A stretch of 64,000 bases of DNA from an uncultured Pseudomonadota bacterium (GTDB taxonomy: Bacteria > Pseudomonadota > Gammaproteobacteria > Natronospirales > REEB76). Position numbers and translations under genes: made by a program. The stretch lies in NCBI GenBank assembly GCA_963774895.1, contig CAVZGN010000001.1, positions 450,419 through 514,418 of the forward strand, read 5' to 3'. Of this stretch, positions 28,150-38,200 are shown piece by piece. The notes under the pieces were generated by a model. The model was not told the DNA's origin, made no database searches, and worked only from the letters and a program-made list of their open reading frames with translations. Numbering within the stretch: the first letter of the stretch is position 1; each line of letters opens with the position of its first letter.

Positions 28150-30981
28150 ATGACAGTGAGCAACTATAAAGACACCCTGAATCTACCGCGCACCGCCTTC
28201 CCCATGAAGGCCAATCTGCCGGTGCGCGAACCGGAACTGCTGAAACACTGGCAGCAACAGGACGTGTACCAGCTGCTACGCAAAGCGCGCGCCGGCCGGC
28301 CCAAGTTCGTCCTGCTGGACGGACCGCCCTACGCCAACGGTAACATCCACATCGGCCACGCGGTCAACAAGATCCTCAAGGACATGGTGGTCAAATTTCG
28401 CGGGCTTGACGGAATGGATGCGCCTTACGTGCCCGGCTGGGACTGCCACGGTCTGCCCATCGAGCAGCAGGTGGAGAAAAAGATCGGACGGGTGGGCCAG
28501 AAAGTGGACGCCAAAGCGTTCCGGGCCGCCTGCCGCGCGTATGCACAGGAGCAGGTAAACCGCCAGCGCGCGGATTTCAAACGCCTGGGAGTGTTTGGCG
28601 ACTGGGAGCACCCGTACCTGACCATGGATGCCAGCTATGAAGGCAACCAGTTGCGGGCCCTGGGAGAGGTGATCCGGCGCGGACACCTATATAAAGGTCT
28701 CAAGCCGGTGCACTGGTGCCTGGAATGCGGATCGGCGCTGGCGGAAGCGGAGGTTGAATACGAGGACAAGGTCTCGCCGTCCATCTACGTGATGTTTCCG
28801 GTGGCGGATGAGAAAGCATTCCTAGCAAAAATGCAGCATGGAAAATTTCTTGGTGATGGGCCGTTAGCTGTACTTGTTTGGACCACTACACCTTGGACAT
28901 TACCAGCAAATCAAGCTGTTGCACTTCGTCCTGGATATACTGAGTATTCTTTATTACAAATTAAAATTAATGATAAGCCAATACGCATTTTAGTTGCCAC
29001 ATCTTTGGAGGATGTGATCGCAAAGAAATGTGGATTTATTATCCAAGGAGCGTCAGCAAGAGCGAGAGGCGATGATCTGGAGGGTTTGAAACTCAAACAT
29101 CCATTTTATGATCGCATCGTACCCATCGTGCTGGGCGAGCACGTAACCCTGGATGAGGGCACCGGCGCGGTGCATACCGCTCCGGGTCACGGTCGCGAGG
29201 ACTTCGCCCTGGGCATCCAGTACGACCTGCCGCTGGAGAATCCGGTGGACAGCCATGGGATTTTCGTACCCGGCACGCCGCTGTTTGCCGGCGAGCAGGT
29301 GTTCAAGGCCAATGAGCACATCATCGAAGTGCTGCGCGAGCACGGTACGCTGTTGCAACATGCACCATACACGCATAGCTATCCGCATTGCTGGCGGCAC
29401 AAGACGCCGGTGATTTTCCGCGCCACACCCCAATGGTTCATTGGCATGGACCAGAATGGCCTGCGCCAACAGGCGCTGGAAGAAATCAAGAAGGTTAAGT
29501 GGACACCGGGCTGGGGCGAGCAACGCATCGAGGGCATGGTGGCCAATCGTCCCGACTGGTGCGTGTCACGCCAGCGCACCTGGGGCGTGCCGATCGCCTT
29601 GTTCGTGCACAAGCACAGCGGCGAACTGCACCCGCGCACTGCGGAGCTCTTGGAGCAGGTGGCGCAGAAAGTGGAAAAACACGGCATCGATGTCTGGTTC
29701 GATATGCAGGCGGCGGAACTCCTGGGCAAGGACGCGGACCAGTACGAGAAAGTGCCTGACATCCTGGATGTGTGGTTCGATTCCGGCGTGGCACATTATT
29801 GCGTGGGGGAAAAGCGCCTCGGCATCGGCGTCAACCAAAAAGCCGATTTATATTTGGAAGGCTCCGACCAGCACCGCGGCTGGTTCCAATCCTCGCTACT
29901 GACCTCGGTGGCCATGCGCGGCCAGGCGCCGTACCAGGGCGTGCTTACCCATGGGTTCACCGTGGACGAGCAGGGCCGCAAGATGTCCAAATCCCTGGGC
30001 AACGTGATCGCGCCCCAAGACGTCATCAAGCATCTGGGCGCCGACGTGCTGCGCCTGTGGGTGGCGGCCACGGACTATAGCGGCGAACTCTCGGTATCCA
30101 ACACCATCCTGGAGCACATGGCGGAAGCCTATCGCAAGATGCGCAACACCCTGCGTTACTTGCTGGCGAACCTCTACGATTTCGATCCGGCGGCGAATGC
30201 GGTGCCGGCGGCTGACATGCTGATGCTGGACCAGTGGCTGCTGGAGCGCGCGCGGCAGTTGCAGCAGGAGGTGCGTTCGGCCTATGAGCGCTATGAATTC
30301 CATCACATCTACCAGAAGATCTATCACTTCTGCGTGGTGGATCTTTCCGGTTTCTATCTGGATGTGGTCAAGGACCGTGAATACACCACCCAAGCTGACA
30401 GTCCGGCACGGCGCTCCTGCCAGACGGCCATGTGGCAGGTGGCGGAAGCCATGCTGCGCTGGCTAATGCCGATCCTGAGCTTCACCGCCGAGGAAGCCTG
30501 GGGCTTCATGCCCGGCAAACGTACTGCCTCGGTTTTCCTGGCCACCTGGCATGAACTTCCGCCGGCTACCGGTGTGGACCAGGGGCTTTGGCAGACGCTG
30601 CTGAAAGTGCGCGAGTCGGTGAAGAAGGAGCTGGAATTTCTGCGCATGATGGGCAGCATCGGTTCACCCCTGGATGCGGAAGTGGATCTGTATTGCGATC
30701 CGGAGCTCGCCAACAAGCTGCGGCCACTCGGCGAGGAACTGCGCTTTCTGTTCATCACTTCATATGCGCGTACCCACGCCGCCGACCAGCGACCGGCGGA
30801 TGCCAAAGCCTCCGAAGAACTGCCCGGTCTGTGGGCGGTGGCACATGCGTCCACACACACCAAGTGCGTGCGCTGTTGGCACCATCGGGAGGATGTGGGC
30901 AAGAATCAGGAACATCCGGAACTCTGTGGCCGGTGTGTGCAGAACGTCTCAGGTAAGGGTGAAGTCCGGAGGTTCGCATGA
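28150..30981 (+). CDS. ileS: isoleucine--tRNA ligase
   Basis: [23 protein letters not shown]. The HIGH motif is [17 protein letters not shown] is present, and there is a C-terminal Zn-finger (CVRCWHH...CGRC). A low-GC patch lies at about 28811-29112. Confidence 0.95.
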   Translation: MTVSNYKDTLNLPRTAFPMKANLPVREPELLKHWQQQDVYQLLRKARAGRPKFVLLDGPPYANGNIHIGHAVNKILKDMVVKFRGLDGMDAPYVPGWDCHGLPIEQQVEKKIGRVGQKVDAKAFRAACRAYAQEQVNRQRADFKRLGVFGDWEHPYLTMDASYEGNQLRALGEVIRRGHLYKGLKPVHWCLECGSALAEAEVEYEDKVSPSIYVMFPVADEKAFLAKMQHGKFLGDGPLAVLVWTTTPWTLPANQAVALRPGYTEYSLLQIKINDKPIRILVATSLEDVIAKKCGFIIQGASARARGDDLEGLKLKHPFYDRIVPIVLGEHVTLDEGTGAVHTAPGHGREDFALGIQYDLPLENPVDSHGIFVPGTPLFAGEQVFKANEHIIEVLREHGTLLQHAPYTHSYPHCWRHKTPVIFRATPQWFIGMDQNGLRQQALEEIKKVKWTPGWGEQRIEGMVANRPDWCVSRQRTWGVPIALFVHKHSGELHPRTAELLEQVAQKVEKHGIDVWFDMQAAELLGKDADQYEKVPDILDVWFDSGVAHYCVGEKRLGIGVNQKADLYLEGSDQHRGWFQSSLLTSVAMRGQAPYQGVLTHGFTVDEQGRKMSKSLGNVIAPQDVIKHLGADVLRLWVAATDYSGELSVSNTILEHMAEAYRKMRNTLRYLLANLYDFDPAANAVPAADMLMLDQWLLERARQLQQEVRSAYERYEFHHIYQKIYHFCVVDLSGFYLDVVKDREYTTQADSPARRSCQTAMWQVAEAMLRWLMPILSFTAEEAWGFMPGKRTASVFLATWHELPPATGVDQGLWQTLLKVRESVKKELEFLRMMGSIGSPLDAEVDLYCDPELANKLRPLGEELRFLFITSYARTHAADQRPADAKASEELPGLWAVAHASTHTKCVRCWHHREDVGKNQEHPELCGRCVQNVSGKGEVRRFA

Positions 30982-31493
30982 ATGTACCTGCTGGCAAGCT
31001 GAGTACCGCGGGTTACGGCGCCTGGCGATGGCTGTGGTTATCTGCGGCAGTCATCGTAGTGGATCGGATCAGCAAATACCTGATTGCCGGCCATCTGGGC
31101 CTGTACGACTCCATCGTGCTGCTGCCGGTATTCAACCTGACGCTGTTGCACAACAGCGGTGCCGCCTGGAGTTTCCTCGCTGGCGCGTCCGGCTGGCAGC
31201 GCTGGGTTTTCATTGTTCTGGCGCTGGCGGTGAGCGTGGGCATCATTGTGTGGCTGCGTTATCTGCCAGGTAGGCAGCACCGCTGGCGCGCGGCGGCACT
31301 GTCGTTGATATTGGGCGGCGCACTCGGAAATGTCATCGACCGTTTAGGACATGGCTACGTCATCGATTTCATCCAGGTCCATTACCACAGCTGGTATTTT
31401 CCGGCTTTTAATCTGGCGGATTCTGCCATCACCGTCGGTGCCATCATGCTGATCTTCGAAGGGCTGCGGTCGGACCAGCGAAGCGTAAAATAG
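30978..31493 (+). CDS. lspA: lipoprotein signal peptidase II
   Basis: 171 aa with an ATGA overlap with ileS. Motifs [10 protein letters not shown] and [10 protein letters not shown] are present. Confidence 0.9.
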   Translation: MNVPAGKLSTAGYGAWRWLWLSAAVIVVDRISKYLIAGHLGLYDSIVLLPVFNLTLLHNSGAAWSFLAGASGWQRWVFIVLALAVSVGIIVWLRYLPGRQHRWRAAALSLILGGALGNVIDRLGHGYVIDFIQVHYHSWYFPAFNLADSAITVGAIMLIFEGLRSDQRSVK

Positions 31494-31497
31494 CCTC

Positions 31498-32448
31498 ATG
31501 GATATATTGCTTGCCAATCCGCGTGGTTTTTGTGCCGGTGTCGACCGTGCCATCGAGATCGTGGAGCGCGCTTTGGAGATCCACGGCGCGCCCATCTACG
31601 TGCGTCATGAAGTGGTGCATAACCGGTATGTGGTGGAACGCCTGCGCGATAGGGGTGCGGTGTTCGTGGATGAACTGCACGAGGTCCCGGACGATGCCAT
31701 CGTGATCTTCAGCGCCCATGGGGTGGCGCGCGCGGTGCGTGACGAAGCCGAACGCCGTGGTCTGCGCATATTCGACGCCACCTGCCCGCTAGTGACCAAG
31801 GTGCATCTGGAAGTCAGCCGCTATGCGCGCGCCGGCCTGGATGTGGTGCTCATTGGCCACCAGGGTCATCCGGAAGTGGAGGGCACCATGGGCCAGTTCG
31901 ATACCCGCTTCGGCGGCGCGATCCATCTGATACAGACGCCGGAGGATGTCGGCAAGCTCCAGGTACGCGATCCGGCGCGCGTGACTTTCGTGACCCAGAC
32001 GACCCTGTCGGTGGACGATACTGCGCGCATCATCGAGGCGCTGCGCCGGCGATTTCCGGACATCCAGGCACCGCGCAAAGACGACATCTGCTATGCCACC
32101 CAGAACCGCCAGGATGCGGTCAAGCAATTGGCGCGCGCCTGTGAAGTATTGCTGGTGGTGGGTTCGCGCAACAGTTCCAATTCCAACCGTCTCAGAGAGA
32201 TCGCGGCAAGCGAAGGCGCAACTGCTTATTTGATTGACGGGCCGGACGACATCCGGCGCGCATGGGTGGAGGGTAAAGAGCGTGTGGGCGTGACCGCCGG
32301 TGCATCAGCGCCCGAGAGCATCGTCCAGAAAGTGGTGGCGCGTCTGGGTGAATGGGGTGGTGCCAGCGTCCATGAGACGCATGGCATACCGGAGCATATG
32401 GTGTTCGCCTTGCCCAGGGAATTGCGCAAACCGCTAACCAGCACTTGA
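31498..32448 (+). CDS. ispH: 4-hydroxy-3-methylbut-2-enyl diphosphate reductase
   Basis: [19 protein letters not shown]...VRHEVVHN...TCPLVTKVH is the LytB/IspH signature. Confidence 0.95.
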   Translation: MDILLANPRGFCAGVDRAIEIVERALEIHGAPIYVRHEVVHNRYVVERLRDRGAVFVDELHEVPDDAIVIFSAHGVARAVRDEAERRGLRIFDATCPLVTKVHLEVSRYARAGLDVVLIGHQGHPEVEGTMGQFDTRFGGAIHLIQTPEDVGKLQVRDPARVTFVTQTTLSVDDTARIIEALRRRFPDIQAPRKDDICYATQNRQDAVKQLARACEVLLVVGSRNSSNSNRLREIAASEGATAYLIDGPDDIRRAWVEGKERVGVTAGASAPESIVQKVVARLGEWGGASVHETHGIPEHMVFALPRELRKPLTST

Positions 32449-32451
32449 ATG

Positions 32452-32982
32452 TCAGGGGCAGGTGAGTGTGGTATCCGCATTCGGCCTGTCCGAAATCCTT
32501 ACCCTTCCCATGACATTTACGATCAGTGCACGATCGTTACGGCCATCTTCGGAACAGTACCGGAACGTACCGTTGACGCTGCGCACATCCATGGGTCTGA
32601 AGGTGAACGAATTATGGTTGCTGACGATGGGTGTCTGCGGCCGGGCCGGGCCATGCACCTGCAATGTGGGTTCACCTGGGTCCACATGCGCCGTGCTGTC
32701 GCGATCGAGATTGTCGAAGATCAGCCAACCGCTGTTCCAGTCGCTGAGCGCATGATTACAGCTCACGCCATCGTTGCTCTTGCACATCACCACGTAGCTG
32801 TTACGGGCGATGGCCGCCTGGCGTGCAAAATTCAGTGAAGTATGTAACCCGTTGACCTCAGCGGCAGCCCGGTCGTGGCGGATCATGGCGGTAAAGCCGG
32901 GTACCGCGATAGTCGCGAGTATTGCGACTACCGCCAGGGTCGTGAGTAATTCTAGGATAGTAAAACCAGCATCCGTGCGCAT
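32452..32982 (-). CDS. type IV pilus minor pilin / pseudopilin (FimT/GspH family)
   Basis: MRTDAGFTILELLTTLAVVAILATIAVPGF is a prepilin N-methylation motif (G|FTxxE). FimT-like size. Confidence 0.75.
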   Translation of the reverse strand: MRTDAGFTILELLTTLAVVAILATIAVPGFTAMIRHDRAAAEVNGLHTSLNFARQAAIARNSYVVMCKSNDGVSCNHALSDWNSGWLIFDNLDRDSTAHVDPGEPTLQVHGPARPQTPIVSNHNSFTFRPMDVRSVNGTFRYCSEDGRNDRALIVNVMGRVRISDRPNADTTLTCP

Positions 32983-33048
32983 AATATCCTCCTCGGCAAA
33001 CATCCTGTTTTGCCCTGACCGGAATCAGCACCCCGGTCAGTTCAGCGT

Positions 33049-33067
33049 CTAAATGATTATCATTTTG
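33049..33067. promoter_or_regulatory. Fur-box-like palindrome
   Basis: ctaaatgattatcattttg matches 13/19 of GATAATGATAATCATTATC. The core aatgat-t-atcatt (33052-33064) is a perfect palindrome. It lies between the divergent fimT-like and fur genes. Confidence 0.45.
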
Positions 33068-33177
33068 ATCGAGTTAGTCAATAAAGAGTCCGTAAGCAAG
33101 CCTGAGGCTGCAGACGTAGACAGTATATAATTCTTGCGCCTATACTAAATCCAATCTGGGCGGACTACTTACTCTAA

Positions 33178-33612
33178 GTGACTGATTTAACTGCCATATC
33201 GCTGAACGGTGAGAAGCTTGCGGCGCATCTTGCCACCCACGGTGTAACACCCACATCCCAGCGACTCAAGATCGCAGAGGTGCTGTTTCGCAAGCCGCAG
33301 CATCTATCGGCGGAGCAGATCATGGCCGCCGTCAACCGCCAGCCGCCGAAGGTCTCCAAAGCCACGGTGTACAACACCCTCAAGCTGTTTTCGGACAAGG
33401 GCCTGGTGCGGGCAGTGATCGTGGATCCGGCGCGGGTGTTCTACGATCCCACCGCCGGCAACCATCACCATTTCTACAATGCCGATACTGGCGAGCTCAT
33501 GGATATCGAGCCCGAGCAGGTGAAGTTTGCACAACTCCCGGAATTGCCGCCGGGCACCCAGCAGGCTGGCGTCGAAGTCATCGTGCGGCTGAGGCGCAGC
33601 AATAAAAACTGA
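33178..33612 (+). CDS. Fur-family transcriptional regulator (no CxxC pairs, HHH motif; Irr-like)
   Basis: GTG start. TSQRLKIAEVLF...HLSAEQI...VSKATVYNTLKLFSDKGLV is a Fur winged helix. GNHHHFYNADTGELMDI lacks the structural-Zn cysteines. Confidence 0.8.
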   Translation: MTDLTAISLNGEKLAAHLATHGVTPTSQRLKIAEVLFRKPQHLSAEQIMAAVNRQPPKVSKATVYNTLKLFSDKGLVRAVIVDPARVFYDPTAGNHHHFYNADTGELMDIEPEQVKFAQLPELPPGTQQAGVEVIVRLRRSNKN

Positions 33613-33674
33613 GTTTTACCGTCACGCACGCGTTCCGATATACTGCGCGCCTTCAAATAAGTTTGGTCACACAA

Positions 33675-33750
<76 letters not shown>

Positions 33751-33900
33751 ATAACGACGCCCGAGAGATCATGCGCCTCTAGAAAACCGTGGTCAGTCCC
33801 AATTATACGATGATATATTTCGGCCTCAGCGAGATATTTCAATGAGCTTCTTGGTAAACAAGGAATATACAAGAAGGAATGCCCCAAATGCGGCTACTGA

Positions 33901-34428
33901 CTAATCAAGGCAGTCAGCAATAGACAAGAGTAAGAAGTTATCATTACCATTTTTAATCAAGATTATATTTCCATTAGTGTATTTCAGCTGTGCGCTGTTA
34001 TCTCCACTCGCTGTCCAATCCATATGTGGAATGTTCTGAATAATACTATTCGCAATTGATACGGCAGTTAATGATGACTCATTACCAGGTATATCAACAT
34101 AAATTGCGTCAATGGTAGGATTCGCAGTTAATCCTGACCATTCTAGGGTGATGATTCGATGATTTAGCACTATCTGTGATGCATATTGACCACAGGCTGG
34201 AAAGGCTTGTGCGTGAATATCAATTCTGTTACCTAATTGTTTTTCTACATCGCTGTGTGTTTCATTTATATATATTCCAGACCAGCCAAGTCTTCCAGCA
34301 TTTATAGCTACATAATCACCTGTATTATTTAAATGCGGGGTAGGGCGTGAGGCACACGTACAAATAAGCGTGCAGGTGCACAACAACCCCAATAGTTGGC
34401 CTAACCTCAAAGCGATCACTACTTGCAT
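33901..34428 (-). CDS. hypothetical secreted/membrane-anchored protein (175 aa)
   Basis: ATG 34428 gives the hydrophobic, Cys-rich N-terminus MQVVIALRLGQLLGLLCTCTLICTCAS. It is the last gene of the minus-strand island operon. Confidence 0.5.
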   Translation of the reverse strand: MQVVIALRLGQLLGLLCTCTLICTCASRPTPHLNNTGDYVAINAGRLGWSGIYINETHSDVEKQLGNRIDIHAQAFPACGQYASQIVLNHRIITLEWSGLTANPTIDAIYVDIPGNESSLTAVSIANSIIQNIPHMDWTASGDNSAQLKYTNGNIILIKNGNDNFLLLSIADCLD

Positions 34429-34498
34429 CAACTCTATCCACAAGCACCGGCTAATCGGAGTCCCATGGGGCGTATGTAAATAGATTCGAATGCGCGCA

Positions 34499-34831
34499 TT
34501 ATTCTGTCGACTCTCTCAAATCTGCTTCGAATGTATTAACACGCTCCGATCCATCCAAAGTAGAACTATCCACCGACCCCACGATGAGTTCATTGTCGAT
34601 TACTTGAGTGGCATATTGGCTTCCGTACTCAACGATCTCCTCCGGGGTCGCGTAAATCCCCTTTGGATGAATCCAATGTATCTGATCCGACAGCCTGCCT
34701 TCTTCGGGTCGAATTATTGCAATTGAAGCTACATACTTAAGTTGCGCAATCGTGTTCAATACACTTGATGGCAATTTATGTGCCGTCACTTTTATTACAA
34801 ATCCCTTGTATCCAAATACTTTTGGTTGCAT
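34499..34831 (-). CDS. island paralog family member P1 (110 aa), unknown function
   Basis: A ggaggg SD lies 7 nt before the ATG. MQPKVFGYKGFVIKV...YVASIAII...HPKGIYATPEEIVEYGSQYATQVIDNE shares the family pattern with P2-P4. Confidence 0.7.
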   Translation of the reverse strand: MQPKVFGYKGFVIKVTAHKLPSSVLNTIAQLKYVASIAIIRPEEGRLSDQIHWIHPKGIYATPEEIVEYGSQYATQVIDNELIVGSVDSSTLDGSERVNTFEADLRESTE

Positions 34832-34977
34832 CGAAAAACCCTCCAAGTTCGTAATGATGACTACTGACGGCCAGTAGATATCAACCGCACATAATCGATG
34901 TAATGCCCTATATCATAAAATACATTGATGATCTAAAAAGTATTATCATTCACGCTCTACCCTAAAGATCCATGTCA

Positions 34978-35298
34978 CTAACTACATTTGACTGAGAGAT
35001 CATTCTCGACAGACTTTACGCCTTTAACATGTCTGGCAACGTTGACGGCTTTGTCAATATCAGATTTAGAATTGATAAAGCCGCTCAATTTGACAATGCC
35101 TTTATATGTTTCAACGGTGATTTCGGTAGATTTGAGTCCTGTCGTGTGTAATAACGCGGTTTTGACGTCGGTTGTAATGACCGCATCGTCTGTGTATGCA
35201 GCTGCGTTCTCACACCTGGCGCCGGAGGAATATGTTATTAGCGGTGCGAATAGTAATATTGAGAGAATGAATGCAATCAGACGTTGATTAATTGACAT
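34978..35298 (-). CDS. periplasmic BON-domain protein (OsmY-like)
   Basis: A signal peptide is present. DDAVITTDVKTALLHTTGLKSTEITVETYKGIVKLSGFINSKSDIDKAVNVARHVKGVKSVENDL is a BON domain. Confidence 0.8.
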   Translation of the reverse strand: MSINQRLIAFILSILLFAPLITYSSGARCENAAAYTDDAVITTDVKTALLHTTGLKSTEITVETYKGIVKLSGFINSKSDIDKAVNVARHVKGVKSVENDLSVKCS

Positions 35299-35341
35299 GA
35301 GATATCCTCCGCATCAAGTTGAGTAATCGTATCGTTGCTCA

Positions 35342-35620
35342 TCAAGCATGACTTAAAGTCAGATCGCTAAAAGTTGTGCAACATAACCCATCATCTAGAG
35401 TGCGCATCGCAAACTGCCTTCCATGTTCCAAAGCTCTCTGTGGAGAGCTGGAGATTCTGCCAGGGTGCAGCCATTTCTCCTGGCATTTATCCGGCATCCA
35501 CGACATACGCACAATTGCAATGGAGACAAATCGCGGGCGATTACTATTACTTTTTGAGGCTAGTTTTACCGGAACTACTTTTATTATGAATCCCATGTAT
35601 TCGAAGTTTTCTTCTAGCAT
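35342..35620 (-). CDS. island paralog family member P2 (92 aa)
   Basis: An aagagg SD lies 7 nt before the ATG. MLEENFEYMGFIIKV...FVSIAIV...LHPGRISSSPQRALEHGRQFAMRTLDD. Confidence 0.7.
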   Translation of the reverse strand: MLEENFEYMGFIIKVVPVKLASKSNSNRPRFVSIAIVRMSWMPDKCQEKWLHPGRISSSPQRALEHGRQFAMRTLDDGLCCTTFSDLTLSHA

Positions 35621-35702
35621 GGCAATACCTCTTTACTCGTATGGTTATGTGAAATGCCCAATGAGGAATTCAAAAACCTATTCTCGACTCAGAGAGATAT
35701 TG

Positions 35703-35718
35703 AGCAATTGGAATGCCA
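35703..35718 (-). promoter_or_regulatory. sigma54 (-24/-12) promoter for the P2-BON-P1 operon
   Basis: The minus strand reads TGGCAT-tccaa-TTGCT, 82 nt upstream of the P2 ATG. Confidence 0.7.
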
Positions 35719-35794
35719 ATGCGAAAAAGCAGCATTCCTCCAATGGGTTATCTCGATTTTATAAGTATGGAATTAATAAAATGCAGATGAAGGA

Positions 35795-35995
35795 TGTCTC
35801 CTTGTGGAGACGAATTTACGCAGGTTGTTGAGTAATACCTTGAAAAAAACGGGTATGCGGGTGTCGGCTCAAGGAGACAGTGTTAACAAAAGCGAGCTAC
35901 CACTCATTCCAAGGCATTAATCAGTACCTCTGCATTGAAGAAATCGTCCGACCTCTTTGTTTACGGAGAACTGCATCTGTCGTCAACGGATGACG
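35795..35995. promoter_or_regulatory. three TGTC-N10-GAC(A/G) sites (candidate enhancer-binding sites) in the divergent control region
   Basis: The sites are TGTCtccttgtggaGACG (35795-35812), TGTCggctcaaggaGACA (35862-35879) and TGTCgtcaacggatGACG (35978-35995). They lie between the two divergent sigma54 promoters. Confidence 0.55.
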
Positions 35996-36078
35996 TTCGA
36001 TTTGTATTTGTGCGTCTTTCGCACAACCGGCGTTAATAAATTATCAGTAAATGTCCCAGTTTGGCAGCGATGCAGCCT

Positions 36079-36094
36079 TGGCATGGCATTTGCT
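36079..36094 (+). promoter_or_regulatory. sigma54 promoter for the 36175-P3-exbBD-tonB operon
   Basis: TGGCAT-ggcat-TTGCT, 80 nt upstream of ATG 36175. Confidence 0.7.
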
Positions 36095-36174
36095 CCTTTG
36101 TATATGCCGGCACGCATAAGCCTATTTGCCGTTGGGAAACTGCATAGCCGCTGCATATTTCTTCAGGAGCAGTT

Positions 36175-36564
36175 ATGAAAAGCGTATGCCTAGTACTGCT
36201 AATGATGTCGTCAGCTTTAGGGTTCAAGTTCGTTGATGCGTATAGCACTGCGCACATCAGCCAGGCTCTAACCCAAGCTGCAACAGGCAAAACAGGCAAT
36301 AACCAGCAGGTAGGAAGCACGTCGCCATTTACATTGGCGTTGGCAGACGCGACGGCAGTGCCGCCTGCGTCAGCTTCCAAAGTTCCAGCAGCGAAAGCGA
36401 AAAAAGCGGGTGCGCCAGCATGCAGCAGGCAACCCCCAGTCAATCATGACGCCCAAGTGATTCCGGCTCGAAATAAGGCGCAGTGGCCGCAATCAAGACT
36501 TCCAGCTGAACAGCAAACGCAATGCCAGGCTCAAAAGCCGTTGCATAAGCCTCCGCCCATCTAA
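36175..36564 (+). CDS. small secreted low-complexity (A/P/Q/K-rich) protein ending in KPPPI
   Basis: The signal peptide is MKSVCLVLLMMSSALGFKFVDA. An aggag SD is present. The C-terminal PPPI tail is shared with the two small lipoproteins at 39059 and 39791. Confidence 0.6.
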   Translation: MKSVCLVLLMMSSALGFKFVDAYSTAHISQALTQAATGKTGNNQQVGSTSPFTLALADATAVPPASASKVPAAKAKKAGAPACSRQPPVNHDAQVIPARNKAQWPQSRLPAEQQTQCQAQKPLHKPPPI

Positions 36565-36649
36565 ATAGATGATTCCTATGCATGCCGGCAGTGCGTCAAG
36601 ACTTAAGACCAAGCGAATCCCAATAACACACAGTGAGAGGAGAGCCAGC

Positions 36650-36943
36650 ATGATCATCGAGAAATTCAGCTATAAGGGTTTCACCATAAAGGTGAGTGCA
36701 CACGAGTTGTTTCACGGTTTTGGTCCTTCGGGAGTCAATTTAGGCTGGTATACCAGTGCAGTCGCCATATCAAAAAAACCGGATGGCGAGTGTCACGATT
36801 GTGAGGAAACCCTGCATCCCGGCAGGATTTCTGTCAGCCCCGAAAGAGCCATGGACTATGGCAAAAATTATGCCAGGCACGTTATTGATGAAGAAATTTT
36901 GTATTCAAACCTGAGTAAATTTCTGACGACGCGTCCGATATGA
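36650..36943 (+). CDS. island paralog family member P3 (97 aa)
   Basis: The SD is gagaggag. MIIEKFSYKGFTIKV...YTSAVAI...LHPGRISVSPERAMDYGKNYARHVIDEE. Confidence 0.7.
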   Translation: MIIEKFSYKGFTIKVSAHELFHGFGPSGVNLGWYTSAVAISKKPDGECHDCEETLHPGRISVSPERAMDYGKNYARHVIDEEILYSNLSKFLTTRPI

Positions 36944-36990
36944 ATACGTTTATTAATCGGACATGACTCTTTGGAAATGGAGGGATGCAC

Positions 36991-37695
36991 ATGAATGCCG
37001 TGACCGACCCAAATATCAACAATATTATCAACCCACCCAACCTGTCGCTCGGCCAACTTGTGCTGCATGCGGATCCAATCGTGCAAGCCGTATTGCTGCT
37101 GCTCTTGGTATTGTCCATATGGAGCTGGGCTGTCATTGTGCAGAAGGCCTTTGAACTGCATCGCGCTAAAAGGGTAGTGAAAAAACTGGAAACCGCTATC
37201 GAAAATGGGCATTCACCGGACGAAATCGGCGTAGTTGAAACGCATCCAGCCGCGGTCGTAATCAAGGCCGGGGTATTGGAATGGCAAACACAAATTCAGC
37301 CGAACTTAGGTGAAACCCCGGGCGAAGAACGTGAACGCATAGAACAAAGCATGCGCAACGCCCTGGGTCGCGAGATGCGCCGCATGCAGAAACGCCTGCC
37401 GCTACTCGCTACCGTGGGTTCGGTCGCAGTATTCATCGGTCTATTTGGCACGGTTTGGGGAATTATGAACAGTTTCACGGCAATTGCCCAAGCCCATGAC
37501 ACAAGTCTCGCTGTGGTAGCTCCCGGCATAGCCCAAGCGCTCATCGGCACAGCAGCTGGTTTGGCTGCGGCGATTCCCGCCGTCATCGGCTACAACAAAT
37601 TGGTAACCGAACTGAACTATTACGCGGGGCGGCTGCAGACGCTTATCAGCGTTTGCAGCAACATGATGGTCAAAAGCATTCGCGTTGGAGCATGA
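36991..37695 (+). CDS. exbB: MotA/TolQ/ExbB proton-channel protein
   Basis: A ggaggg SD lies 6 nt before ATG 36991. FIGLFGTVWGIMNSF and ALIGTAAGLAAAIPAVIGYN are ExbB/TolQ motifs. Confidence 0.85.
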   Translation: MNAVTDPNINNIINPPNLSLGQLVLHADPIVQAVLLLLLVLSIWSWAVIVQKAFELHRAKRVVKKLETAIENGHSPDEIGVVETHPAAVVIKAGVLEWQTQIQPNLGETPGEERERIEQSMRNALGREMRRMQKRLPLLATVGSVAVFIGLFGTVWGIMNSFTAIAQAHDTSLAVVAPGIAQALIGTAAGLAAAIPAVIGYNKLVTELNYYAGRLQTLISVCSNMMVKSIRVGA

Positions 37696-37699
37696 CGAC

Positions 37700-38197
37700 A
37701 TGGGCATGAATGTAACCCCCGGTGCGATGTCCGAAGATACGTTATCCGGTTATCAGCCAATGGCTGAAATCAATGTGACGCCACTGGTTGACGTTATGCT
37801 GGTATTACTCATCATATTTATGATTACAGCGCCTCTTATGATGGCGCAACTGCCCATTGAACTGCCCAAAACCAGCGCGGCGGAACTAGGTAAACCGAAA
37901 CAGCCGCTGATTGTTAGTCTGGATACAAAGGGGCAGTATTATATCGATGACAAACCTACTGCATCTGTGGACTTGCCCACGCAACTCAAGACACTTGCCA
38001 ACCAGGATCCCGATCAGACTGTGTATGTACGCGCTGATAAAGCCATCCCCTACGGGCAAGTGATGGCACTGCTGGGCGAAGTAGGCCAATCCGGGTTTTA
38101 CAGGATATCCTTGATAAGCAAACGGGCGAGTGCCTCAACGAATAGCTCCGGCGCCGCATCGCCTGCTCCCTTGGCAGGCACGCAGCCGCCACGCTGA
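37700..38197 (+). CDS. exbD: biopolymer transport protein ExbD/TolR
   Basis: AEINVTPLVDVMLVLLIIFMITAP is the signature TM segment. Confidence 0.85.
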   Translation: MGMNVTPGAMSEDTLSGYQPMAEINVTPLVDVMLVLLIIFMITAPLMMAQLPIELPKTSAAELGKPKQPLIVSLDTKGQYYIDDKPTASVDLPTQLKTLANQDPDQTVYVRADKAIPYGQVMALLGEVGQSGFYRISLISKRASASTNSSGAASPAPLAGTQPPR

Positions 38198-38200
38198 ATC

